A model generated the notes under the pieces. It saw only the letters and a list, made by a program, of their open reading frames with translations. It was not told the DNA's origin and ran no database searches. This document shows positions 1 through 13,700 of a DNA stretch of 64,000 bases, piece after piece (position 1 is the stretch's first letter; each line of letters begins with the position of its first letter). The position numbers and the translations under genes are program-made. Source of the DNA: Piromyces finnis finn (Eukaryota > Fungi > Neocallimastigomycota); assembly GCA_002104945.1 (NCBI GenBank), contig MCFH01000031.1:1-64000 (forward strand), written 5' to 3'.

Positions 1-510
1 AAAAATAAATAAATAACTTTTAAAATAAACAAAGCAAAATAATATTAAATAATTAGAAAAAATATAATATAAAACAAAAAAGAACTTTAAATAAGAGAAC
101 AAAGCTAAACAAAACTAATAAAGCTATACAATTTAAAAATAAAATTTTAATAATTTACAATAACAATAAAGTTCAATAAAAATAAAATAGTAATCAAATT
201 TTCTCCAACATATAAATAAATATTTTGAAAAAAAAATATACTTTAAATAAATTACTATTTTTTAATTAATCAAATTGGATACTATAATAGAAGCAGCCGC
301 ACATTTTATTGGAATACTCATACAGAAGGTAAGATTTTTTTATTTTTAAAATTAAATAGAATTAATAATTAAATAATGAAATATAATATCTAAAATAGTA
401 ATATAAAAATAAAAATAAACGAAAAATGATTATTCTGATAATAATAATACAAAGAACAAAATATTAAATAAATAAATTAATATGTAAAAAAGGAGTATAA
501 TAAAAACATT

Positions 511-596
511 ATGTCTATTTATCATCAACCATATTTTATTTTTTAAAAAAGAATGTCTATTTATCATCAACCATGTTTTATTTTTTAAAAAAAGAA
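511..596. repeat. Two tandem copies of a ~42-bp unit
   Basis: atgtctatttatcatcaaccatRttttattttttaaaaaa starts at 511 and again at 553, differing by about one substitution and the A-run length. Confidence 0.85.
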
Positions 597-1793
597 AATG
601 GTTTCTTTTTCAACAATAGACGACAATATATTATATATTAAGCTTTAAAAAAATATATTATAAAATCCTAACCCACAAAATTGTTTAATAAAAAATATAA
701 TATTATATTACATATAAAATATTAATATATTTTTTTTACTAATATGGAAAGTAAATATAAAATTTTATTTGAATAAAATAATTTTATTAGAGATAATATT
801 AAAAAAAAATTGGAACAATAATCAAAATATATTTATATACTACGCAATATAATAAAATATATTCAGAATTTATATAAAATAAATATATATAATAATAAAG
901 TTATATAAATTGAAGTATACACAATATATAAAAATTTTAAGGATAAAATAATAACACAATACAATATAATAATATATTAAATAGAATGAAATTATATTAA
1001 ATTATAAAAGTAGTAATTATATAGGATAAAATAATTTTTAATTAAATTCAATAGAAATAAATTATAAAAGTAATTATTATATATATATGATAAAGTGTTT
1101 TTTAATTAAATTTAATAGAAATAGAATTAATATAAGAAAAATTTTAAAATTTTTTTATATTAAAATTTATCATATATTTTGTTTTTTATTATCTTTTTTT
1201 AAACATTTCGCTTTTTTACTTTTTTGATTTTAAACGATAATTACATTTATAATTTATTTTAATTTATTTAATATTTATGGTATATAAATAATTTATCCAG
1301 AGAAAAAATACTATGAATTTATAAACAAATACAATGAACAATTAAAATGATATTATAATTATGTATATAATATATGTCAATTTTGTAATTCTGTATTATA
1401 TATTTATCAATTAATTTTATAATAAATATAATATATAATACACAATTTAAAATTTAATTTATTAATTAAATCTATAATTTAGTAATTCCAATCTTTAATA
1501 TTACTAATATTCACATAGCAATAGAAATCAACAATAAAAAAATAGATAAAAATTACATATAGATACTTCAAATAGATTTTCATTTATTATTTAAAAATAA
1601 ATAATATTAATTATTATATAATTTTATTAATATTTTGATTTTTAAAATAAAAAAAAAAAAGGTTTTCCTTCATCCAATAAAAAGAAAATATCCAAAATTA
1701 AGCTTTTATATAGAATTAAGTGAAATTTTTGTTTCTTTAATTATATTCATTATTTGGAGGCATATTTATGTAGTGTTAGAGATTATATTTTCA

Positions 1794-4700
1794 ATGGCAA
1801 ATGAGTTTTCAAAAGCATCATTTGTTGCAGCAAGAAAATTATATTTTGAACAAATTGCAGCAAATACAAATTCACCAATTGATAGTAGAAGAACTACAGA
1901 AAGATTAAAAAGAAATGCTTTAAGTGATAGTAATATAGCTGAAGATAACATTTCTTCGTCATCATTTGAACATTATTCTTCTTTACATAAAGCTTCTTCA
2001 CATTCTAATTTAATACCCGCTAGAAATAATGAACTACATTCAATACTGTTAAATAATAATAGTAAAATACCCATACCTGGTAGTCATTCACCATTGATAA
2101 AATCAATAAATGTAGATTCAGAAGATAATGAAGGATATTCAAAGTCCTCTCTATCAGATTCAAAAGGAAAATTACTAAAATATCAAAATACTTATGAAAG
2201 TAATTATGTATCATATATTAAAGATATGACAAATCCTACAAATAAAAAATTATCTGAAAATAATATGCCAGAGAAGATGCTTGATTCAAAAAATATTAAA
2301 CATAAAAAAGATGAAATTCCAGAAACACCAAAACTTAAACCTACACCAGTTTCTTCTCCGTTAATAGTAGCTAATTCTAAACTTCCAATACCAACTTCAA
2401 TAAAGGATTCAAAAGAAATAATAAATAAAATGGTGCGTACTTGTATGATTATAAAATATAATGATAATAATAAAAAGAGATATTAATTATATATATATAT
2501 TAATAGGATGATATACCAAAGGAAAATACTAATGAAAATAAAGGATGGTTTGCCTTTACAAAAGAAAGAGCTCCAGGTTGGTTTGCTCTTGCTAAAGAAA
2601 AAGTTAATTCAGCAAATTCATGGTTAGCAATTTCAAGAGTAAAACCTGATCAAGAACAGAAACTTGAAAGCAATAAAAACAATCGGGATAATGAAAATGA
2701 AGGAGAAAAAGATGATGAAAAAGAAAATAGAAATAAGCAAGATAGTGACGATAAAAAGGAAAATGAAATTGAAAAAATTGATAAAGATAGCAAAGATCAT
2801 GAAAAGAATAAGGAAAAAAATAATAATGAAAAGGTTGATGAAAATACAAATCATTTAAATGAAAATAAAAATATTGAAAATAAAGATAATTTACCTTCTA
2901 TTGTACAAACTAAAAATGAATCAACCATGTTTCATCATTTATCTTCTCAAATTTCACCTTCATTATCAGTAACAAAAAGTAATATTTATAGTGAAAGTAA
3001 AAGTAGTAATAGTTCTACATTAGAAGAATCCCAAGAGCAAAATCAATCTCAATTGGAATTACCTTTAGTAATAAAACAAGTTGAAAATAAAAATGAGCTA
3101 AAAAAACAATCAAAATCATCACCTATTTATTCTTCATCTGAAATAAAGACTGAAATTGTTACAATGACTAAATCTCCAGTACAACCTTCACCTATACAAT
3201 CTCCAACTCAGGTAAAAGTTCAGATAAATTCTCAAACGCATTCATCATCAAACGCATCTTCATCTGCTAAAATAGAAAATGAAACACCAAAAGAAAAAAT
3301 TGAAAAACCTCCTATTACAAACAATGAAAACACAAAATCAAAATCTTCAACAGCTAGGCCACTAAATATGATATTTAATAATACTCAAAATTTTATTTAT
3401 AAAAACAGTAATTTAAATATATCTAACCAATCACTTAATAGTAATACATCAACTAGTAACACAGAGAAATTAGATGATAGTGTTATGACTGGAGATGAAC
3501 TTATTATTGATGATGAAGATTTAACTTCAGCTACTATTGCATTTGATAAAAAAGTTCTTCAAAAAATCGACAACTATATTCCACAAGAAAGAAATGATAG
3601 TGAGGCTATGAATAAGAGAAAAAAACGTACTTCATTTGGATCTTCATCACTTTCGAAAACAATTAATAAAGTTGAAGAGGAAGAAAAAGATAGTTATATT
3701 AAAGAAGGAGGTGTACGAAATAAAAATGAAAGCATGCGTAATGATCCAGTTTACAAATATTTGAGGAATAAGAATGACATTGTTCATCAAAATTTTAATA
3801 CAGAAAAGAATAGGTATGAGGATGATAGTGATGCTGCAAGTTATTATGATGATTCTGATGGATATCTAAGTAATGAGATTGAAAATAGAAAAGAAGTATT
3901 TGAAGATAGATTAAAAATGAAGAGTAAATATTTTATTAATGGAAGAAAATCATTCAAAGGTGAAAAGAAAAATGGTATTTCTAATACTGTTATTGTCAGT
4001 AAAAAGATAAAACCATCTTTACCTGTTCCAATATTGCCTACAAGAAAATCATCAACTTCAAATCTTACTTCAAAAATTATACAAGATAGTCGTATACCAA
4101 CACCAAGTAAGGAAAAATTAAAATATAAAGAAAAGTCGTTTAATTCAAGTCAAACAATAAATAGTCCACCAACCCGATCATTATCAACTACTTCTAATGG
4201 ATCATCTCATGTACGTGCTACATCTCCATTAACTATGTATAGTCGAGTCAATGAAGATTTAGATTTCGAAAATAAGCCAAAAACATATAATATTGTAAAA
4301 ACTGAGCCAATTATGATTGATAGGAAACCTGATAAACCAGAAAGATTACTTAAATATAAACCACCTAGAAGATCTTCTTCTTCTTTGAATAGAACAAATA
4401 AACATACTCGTAATAAAAAGAGTCAAGATTATTCCATTAATGAGCATTCTTCTATTTTTATTGATGCACCTCCAGAACGTGGCCGTTCAGTTTTCAAAGG
4501 TGCACGCGAATTTTCAAATAAATCTCATTCAATTGATATTGGATTAAGTAAAAGAGGAAATGGAAGAGAAAATAGAAATAGATCACCGGATTATCAATTA
4601 AAGTCAGGAATGAATGAAAGAGGAAGAGGAAGAACAAGGACAAATATTATTCATGAAATTAGCAATGATGAAGATGATAATATTCCATTAATATTTAATA

Positions 4701-7027
4701 AAAATATAAATACCAGAAAGTATTTAAAGAAATACTTAGATAAAAGAGAAGGTCAAAGAAGTCAAAGTGTAGATGCTTCTAAATCTAAGAATCACAGGCG
4801 TAATGATTCTGATGAATACTTGAATATAAATAATGAATTCAATGATGATACAATGTATATTACAGAATTATTAAATGCAAACTTTTTAGATCATGATAAC
4901 GATAAAGGAAATATTTTTTATACTAATAGACTTACTCCAAGATCATCATCCCTTCAAAAAGAAAAATATTCTTCAGTTATTTCATCTGCTTCTTCTATAT
5001 CATCTATTAGTTCTACTTCATCTTCAGCTTCCTCTATGACTAATAGTACCACAGATCTTAATAAGAACAACACTGTAAATAGTAAATTAAGTATTAATGA
5101 CTCTCCAATTGATTCCTATTATAAAGTGAGTGGTGTTATTAAACATAATGTCGTTCCTATTGGAAATTCTTCTATTTTGTATGGAGAAGATAATTCCTAT
5201 AGTTTAAGCAGATCTAATAATAATTTATATAATAATCGTTCTTCAATTACTCTTAATCGTTATAATTATCAGAAACTAAATAAAAATCAGAAAAGAGTTT
5301 CGTCATCATCATCTACGGCTATCAATGATGATGAAACAAGTCTTATTTTTGGCAATTTACCAGAAGAAATTTACAACTTCTTAAAGCCAGAATTAGACAT
5401 TCCTGCTCCTTCAAGAACCTCATCGAGAGAAAGTATTCAAAGTTCTGATTCTAAACGCTATTCAATTTCTTCTCTTCATCATTCACTTACCTTGAATGAT
5501 GAATCTGATAATGATGAAACAACCCTCAGAAATAATAGTGGCCGTCTTCAAGCTTCTATCATTAAAGAAGAAGTAGAGATACCCAAACCATTAACTGATG
5601 CTCAAAAACGTGTTCAAAAGATTATTAGTGAAATATTAAGCACAGAACGTACTTATGTTAAAGAATTGAGTATTTTAATTAATATATATATTGAACCATT
5701 GAAGAAAAACCGTCTTTTAGAACAGGAAGAATTTAATAGTATCTTTGCCAATATTGAAGATATTTACAATTTCCATTCAAAATCTTTCTTGCCTCCATTA
5801 GAGGCTGTTTGTAATAAAGATGATGCGAAGATATCAAAATTCTTTTTAGATATTTCTAGATCTTTTGAAAACTTCTATTCTAAATATTATTATGCTTTTA
5901 ATGGTGCTAATACTCTTTTATCTTTAGTACAAGCAAATAATAATCACAATGTACGTATACCAAATTTATCAAGTTCAGCCTCTATACTTAATTTACCACT
6001 TTTTGAACGTTCAAGTAAAAAACGTTTGAAAAAATTTAGAGCATTTTTGAAAAATTGTGTTTCACGCCCAGATCACACACAATTAAGTTTGCAAGGTTAC
6101 CTAATTTTACCAGTACAACGTTTACCACGTTATCTTCTTCTTATTGAGCAACTTGTAAAGTATAGCAAGGATGATCCAGTAGAAAAAGAAGAAAATGAAA
6201 AAGCAGCAGAATTAATGAAAAAAGTTGTAGAGTCATGTAATAGCTATATGAAACAATGTGAAGAAAAACACGTTCTCTTAGAAATTATTACAAAACACAT
6301 TAGATTAGATAGTAATGATAGTCATAGTGAAATTGTTGATAATTATACAAAGATTCAAGGATTAATTAGAGTTTCAGGTGCCAAATTAATAAGAAAGGGG
6401 GATCTTCAAATTTTACGTAGTGTTACTAGTATAGCTTCTATCTTCCCAAGTAAGCGTGTATCATCTGAATTTATAGGAAGAAATTCAAATATTATTAATC
6501 CAACAGTTCGTTGTTCTTCAGCACTCTCCATGGCAACTACTGCCACTAGTTCAACCTCCAGAACTTATAATGATTCTAAGAATAATGGATCACGTCTATC
6601 GTCTTCAAATGAATCCATTCATTCTGTCTCCACTAATGCTACTTATGTTCAATCATCTGCAACCACATCATTAGCAAACTCATCTAATTACAAACGTAGT
6701 TCGACATCAGTTCTTGATATTAAGAAAAATCAAACCACAGATTCCATTGGTATGTTTTATCTCATTCACAATTTATTTATATATTGCAAATTAGATGGTA
6801 TATTAGTAAATGTATTAGATTTGGAAAATTGCACTGAAGAGCCAGCCTCATTCTCAAGCACTTCATCTGAATTTATAGAAATCGAATCCAAGAAAACAGA
6901 CATTGTATTAATTGTCAGTGATTGCAAAACTCAACTTTATCTTACATCACCCGATATTGATAGTGTTTATAGTTGGCATCAAACAATTAATAAACAATGG
7001 AGAGCTCTAAAGAAAATTGAAAAGTAA
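1794..7027 (+). CDS. Rho guanine nucleotide exchange factor (DH-PH), ~1719 aa; join(1794..2432,2507..7027)
   Basis: ATG at 1794 (MANEFSK). A 74-nt intron (GTGCGT at 2433, TAG at 2506) joins in frame to the 2927..7027 ORF. DH hallmarks: KRVQKIISEILSTERTYVKEL and LSLQGYLILPVQRLPRYLLLIEQLVKY. PH-like C-terminus ending in YSWHQTINK. Confidence 0.9.
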
Positions 7028-7104
7028 AATAACTAAAAAAAAAATTAAAAAATCATGGGAAAGAAAACCGAGATTTAAAAATTTAATATATATAATTAAA
7101 AAGA

Positions 7105-7136
<32 letters not shown>

Positions 7137-8329
7137 AAAGATAAACGATAAAAAAAAAAAAAGATTGCTAAATTTGGAATCCTTTAGATTTTTTAAATTG
7201 AAGTGCTAAATTATTTAAAATTTGAAAATAGATTAGCACAAAAAGAAATAAAAAAATATTTTGAAAGGAAGAAAAGAATAATATTTAGCAATATGTAATC
7301 GTTTGTAATAATAAAATTATCAATAATTATTAAATAGAAAATAACAATAATATAATTTAATATCGTATTTGAATAATCCGAAATCAAATACAATCACTAT
7401 AATTTATAAGAATTAAAATTTAATAAAAAAAAAAATCTTATGTAGAATACATAGTAGTAATAGTAATATTAATAAAAAAAGAAGGAAGAAAAAGAAAAGG
7501 GAGAAAAGGAAAAAAAAAATAATAATAATAATAAATTAAATTTTATTATTTAAATAAGAAAAAGAATAGTAAGTTTGTTTATTCTTTTTCTTTATTTTTT
7601 TTTTTTTTTAAAAAAAAGTTAAAAAATAATAATAAAAAGTATATAATTAAAAATTAAACATAACATATATTATATTTATATTTTTGCTGTGTTAAATGTT
7701 TTATATATATGTATGGATAAGGATAATAAATCAATGGTTATTAAATCAAATACATTATTAATGAAGTTATTAGATTTGTTTAGAAAGATATATGAATTCA
7801 ATATCCATCTTTTTATAATTATAAAAATGAAATAGTAATTATTTTTACCATCTCTTTTCAACTACCATGTACATAAATTACCAATTAATCAATTAATGTA
7901 CATAAAGTTTATGAAAAAAAAAAAAAAAATAAAAATAAAAATAAATTTTACCAATCTTTAAGTAAAATTTAAAATAAATACTTATTAATGTATAATTAAT
8001 ATAAATAATATATATGGATGAATTTATATATAAACATTTATAAAATCTATTTTTTTTTTAATAAACTTTGTATATTATATAATATAAAAATTTATTATAA
8101 AACTATTTTCTTAATATAAAATTTTAAATCGTTGAGTGAAAGGAATAGTTTGATAATTCATTTAATTATATATGTAATTATAATTATATATATATACAAT
8201 TTATTTTATACAATTTGTTATTATAATAAGTAAAACAACAACAACAACAACAACACCAATAATAAATATAAAAATAAAAAAAAAAGTAGTGGAAACGAAA
8301 AAAAAAAAGACAATTTAAAAATACCGCCG

Positions 8330-10059
8330 ATGGAAGCTGAAAAGTCAGAAAAAAAGATTAAAAGTTTAGGATTTACCCTAAAAATCAAAGAAAATAAAAA
8401 AAAAGAAGTAAAGAAAAACACATTATTTGATGCAAAAAATTTTAGAAAACCATTTGAAGAAGATATTGTGTATAAAGATGATGTTAAAATAAAAGAAGAA
8501 TTAATTAAAGAAGTAGAAGGTAAAAAAATACATGCGGTTCATGAAGAAGAAAAAAAAGGACCACTTGTTATTCCTTTAATTAAAAAAAATGAATGGAGAA
8601 ATTTGAATGACAATAAAGAAAATGATACAGATGAAATAAAACAGGAAAATAATAATACAAAAGATCAAATATTGGAAAAAGAAATGAAAGAAGAAAGTCA
8701 TAGTGACAGTAGTGATTTTAAAAACAAATATGGATTACAAATTCCTGTAAAAAAAAGAAAGTTAAATGAAGCATCCGAGCAAACAATAGAAGTTACCAAA
8801 GTAGAGACTACGGAACCTAATGATAATATGACAATAAAAGATAATAGAACGTTAGAAGAAATTGCTATTGATGCTATTAAAAAGAAATCTGAAATGAAAG
8901 TAGATAATTTAGATCATACGAATTCAACCATTGAAGCCATTCCTATTCTAAAACAAAATGCAGTACCCAATACTGAAAATTTAAAAAATGAAACTGAAAA
9001 ATTTAGATATGATATTCAATTTAGACCAGAAGAATCCACCTTGGAAGATTATGAACGTATTCCAATTGAAGAATTTGGCGCTGCTATGTTACGTGGTATG
9101 GGATGGGAAAAAGGTAAAGCAGTTGGTAGAAATCGTGGTAATAAAGATGCCATGGTAGAACCTATTGAATTTATTCCAAGACCTGCACTTTTAGGTTTAG
9201 GAGCTCAGCCTAAACCACCTGATTTAGAAGACATGAAAAAAAGAAAAAAGAGAGGTATGATGATGGGAAAGGACGAACCTCCGAAAGAGTATAAACCTAA
9301 TATTACAAGTGATGGTAGAGTTAAACATTTTAAAACGTTAGATGAACCTCGTCATAGTGAGCGTAGTAGTAGTCATCACCGTGATCGTGATAGTAGTCGT
9401 CACAGACGACATTCAAGTCATCGATCTAATTCTGATAGAGACAAAAAAAGAAGTAGATCAAGGGATAATTATAGTGATCATGAATCTACATCTTCTCACA
9501 CCTCCTCCGCCAAAAAAGAAACTAAATATACCCATTCTCATTCTTCTTCCTCTTCTTATACCCAAAGTCGTGGTTCTAGTCATCATCGTAGCCATCGTCA
9601 TAGTGAACATTCCAGTCATCGAAATGAAGAGGAAGAAGCAGAAGAGGATCATTATCACCATCATCAAATTAAACCTCAAAATACATGGCTTTATCCAAAT
9701 ATTCGAGTTCGTGTAGTGAGTAAATCGTATAAATCGGGTAAATATTATAAGAAAAAGGGTGTTGTTTTTGATATAGCACGACCAGGGGAATGTACTCTTC
9801 GACTTGATAATGGTAAACTTTTAGAAGAAGTAAAAGAACGATACCTTGAAACACTTATACCTGAAATTAATGATACTATTCTTGTCGTAAAACATACAAC
9901 CACGACGGATGAAGATTATTATCAAAAAGTTGGCAAAGTATTATCAAAAGATCGTAAAACAGAAACAGCCATGATTCAAATGGAATCTACCATGACTATC
10001 GTTAATCTTTCTTTTGACGATATATGTGAATTTAAAGGCAATAGCAATGAATTTTATTA

Positions 10060-10060
<1 letters not shown>
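8330..10060 (+). CDS. GPKOW: G-patch and KOW domain spliceosomal factor (GPKOW/Spp2 family), 576 aa, single exon
   Basis: G-patch EEFGAAMLRGMGWEKGKAVG preceded by the Spp2-like STLEDYERIPIEEFG. C-terminal KOW-type region WLYPNIRVRVVSKSYKSGKYYKKKGVV...LEEVKERYLETLIP. Arg/Ser/His-rich linker. Confidence 0.88.
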
Positions 10061-10099
<39 letters not shown>

Positions 10100-10216
10100 C
10101 TTATAAAACTATATAAATAATAAAAATATATAATATATTGTGTTGATCATTGATTATACCACTTTATAAATATTTTACAATAACTTATTAAAAATTACTT
10201 ATAATTAGCTTTTAAT

Positions 10217-10256
<40 letters not shown>

Positions 10257-10773
10257 TTATTTATTTATTATTTATTAAATTTTTAAAAAGAATATTCACA
10301 TAGTTTAAAAAAGGTCATTTTTTATTATTAAAAAAAAAAAAATAAAAAAATAATAATAGATTTTCTAGCTATTTTTTCTTTTTATACTTCTTTATCCCTT
10401 GTATTTTTTTTTTTTTTTTTTTTTTTTATCTCTAAGCATTTAAATAATTTCATAAAATAATTATATATATATAAAAGTATTATAATAAAAAAAGTCTTAA
10501 AAAATAATAATTTTTTTTTTTTTTTATAATAAATTGTATAAATATATAATTTTTTTTTTCTTATTAGAAATTAAATTATAAAAGTATATATAAATAAAAT
10601 AAAAATAATAATAACAAATAAATAATTTCGAAAATTAACATTTATTCTAATTTAAAAAAGTTTTTAAAAAAATATTTGTTAAATTCAAAAGAAAATATTA
10701 ATAAAAAAAATAAAGCTTTTTTTCTATATAGATTAATTTTTTTTTTTTTTTTTTTATAGAATTAATATTTTCT

Positions 10774-13700
10774 TTAAAGATAGGTGTTTGTCAAATCATT
10801 CATTGGAGTAGAAGCAGTAGGGATTGGATTGATAATATCATTATTTTTATTGATAGAACATGGTTTATGAGTTAAAAGTAAAGCCTTCAAAGTCAAAATT
10901 TCTTCTTGCAATAATATGGCTTGATTTTGAAGTGTTTCATTTTCTGCTGTATAGGTATCAATTTGTTTTTGTAATGAAATAAGCCATTGTTTTTTCTTTT
11001 GTCTACATTTAAGGGCAGCTTGACGATTACGTTCTAATACATTACGTTTCTTTTCATCAGTTTCATATTTACCTCTCTTTCGACTACCGCCATTAATATT
11101 GTTAACAGTGGGAGAAGTAGAGGTTAATCCTTCCATGTCATTTTTTTCATCTGAAAATTCACTTTCACTACTTGTTTGACTTATTCTTCTTTTTATTGGC
11201 TTCTTAATGGTTGTATTTAACTTTGGTACTAATAAATTCATATTTAATGGGAAAATAGGTGCTTTAAAGTTGGTTAAATCTCCTAATGAATTAGCAAATA
11301 TATTTTGTAATGGATTTATAGGAGCTTTATTTTGACCTAATAATAATGATTGGGTATAATTAGTAGCAGAAGTTGGATTAATAAGAGAGGAAGTGAGGGG
11401 AGTAGCTAATGGTACAAATGGTTTTTTGGCAGGTGTAGTAGATGAGGTACTTAAACTACTCTCGGGTGTTTTTGAAGTACTAGGAGCGTTAGGCAAAGAT
11501 GTTGTGGAGTTATTTAATGCATTTAAGGAGGACACTAATAAATCATTAGATAAATTTGGAGCTAATGGATTAGATAATAAATCGGGTTTTAAATTAGGCA
11601 TCAATATATTTAATGAATTCATTGGATTTGGTATAGGAGGTACTAATAAGTTTGGTAAAAATAAAGAGGGTAAATTTTTTCCAGGAGCTGCTGCACTACC
11701 TTGAGGTAAAATAAATGGATTTTGTGTTTTATTGACTGAAGTACTTGTTTCCGTCGTTTTGACTGTACTAATCTTTTCTTCTTCTTTATTTTGAGATTGA
11801 CCTTTCTTTTCATCCTCAATTTCTATTTTTATTTTTTCTCTTATATCTTTTATTTCATCTTCCATAGGATCCTTTCCATCTGATGCTTGTAAAACACCTT
11901 TTTCTTTAGATTTTAATAGGGTTGCATTTTCTTCTATTTTTTCTTTTACGGCATTCTTTACTTCATTTATACCACTAACTTTTGATTGACATTCCTGTTT
12001 ATCTTTTGCTTCTTCATTCTTTTCTTGCTTTATTCTAGATATATTAATCACTGATGGTAAATCAACTTGCACATCAGATTCATTCTTTAAATCAGAAGGA
12101 TTGAGAGAACTTGCTGGCTTGGAAGAATCTTGCTTCAAATTAATTGAATCAAGGGAAATTGGGGTATCAACATTCATACAAGATTCATCAAGAGAATTAA
12201 CTGACATAGGAGTATTCCCATGAGAATCAAGAGAGTGTAGAGAAATTGGAGTATCTAATCTAGATTCACATTTCAAATCGATAGCAAGATTACTTGATTG
12301 CATTTCTTTAGCATTCTTACAAATTTCCTTTGGACTTTGACAAGTTTTTGAAGATTCTTTTAAAACTAAGTTGTTCAAATAATCAACATCCATTGAAGTG
12401 GTAATATCATCTTGATTTTGGGTATCTTTTTTATTTACAATCTCAACTTCATTGTTCTTTGTTTTTTCAACTTTACTGGTTGAATTCTCAGTGATAGTGA
12501 CGGTGGTAGTGACACTTTGAATAGCATTTGGTGCTAATAGTAAATCAAAGCCAGGGTTATTTTCTGGAACTTCACTATTTTCATTAACAGAAGAAGAGGA
12601 TGGTGCTGGAGAAGGTGGAGCAATTAAAAATTTATTATTAATAACACCAATTTCCTTAGTTAACTTATTAAATAGATCATTTTCTTCATGTATTTTTTCT
12701 AATCTCGGTGATGGAATACAAGAATTAGAATTGGTTTCATTTTTTAATTTTTCAGTAGTACTAGATAAAGTATTAGTTAATATTTTATTTAAGTCAGCTA
12801 CACGTTCATTATTCATTGGAAGAGTGGTAGCATCATGACTTTGATCTTGATCTTTTGGTGGTGATAATACTATTTTCATCATTTGCTGATCAACATTCAC
12901 TGCATTTTTTCCCTCTTTTATAGTTTTATCATTAGATTCATCCTTTTCTTTTCCACCTTTATCCACTTCAATTTCCATAGTTGAAATAAGATTAGCCTCT
13001 GATTTTGATGGATGACCTTCTTTAAGAGATTCAATTGTAATTTCTGGTGTATTATCAATAGTTAGATCTACTGTAATAGTAGTTTTCTTGGTATCTTTAT
13101 CAACTTTTGAATTAGAGTTTGATTCTGTTGTTTTATTATCTATCTTATTTTTACTGATTGCTTCTTTTGAATTATTAGAAGCAGCTTCATTTTTTGATTG
13201 TTGTTGTTGCTGCTGTTGTTGTTGTTGTTGAAGAAGTGTTAAAGATTGCATTAATAATAATTGTTGAATTTGTTGTTGAATTAAATTTGTATTTTGTAAT
13301 GGATTGAGAGCACTAGCATTTTGTTGCTGAATCATATTCATCAAAAGTGCTAATGGATTAAATTGATTCTGGGATGGAAGCATAAAAAGAGAAAGATTTC
13401 CACTTTGCTGTTGAAGTAATAAATTTAATTGGGCTTGGGCTTGCAAAATCTGTTCAGATAAATTACTTGGAGTTAAGGCTGGGAGTTTAGAAAGTAAAGA
13501 GGCTTGTGGAAGTAAAGAATTAAAGAGAGGATTGATTAATGGAGGCAATGGAGTGGTAAGCTTGGAAAGATTAGGCTGTAATGGAGGTAAAGTTGATGCT
13601 GAAGAATTAGTGTTCGATGGAAATGCTGGAAGAGTACTAGATAAAAAATTTGAATTTAATAATGGTAAGTTTGTTGAATTGATAAGATTTGGTTGAATTG

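Noticed and set aside
1635-1793. N-terminal extension of ORF 1635..2486 from a TTG start
   Set aside because: This is an artefact of a TTG-permissive ORF caller. The first ATG is at 1794. The same applies to the TTG starts at 28339, 41972, 50489 and 57979.
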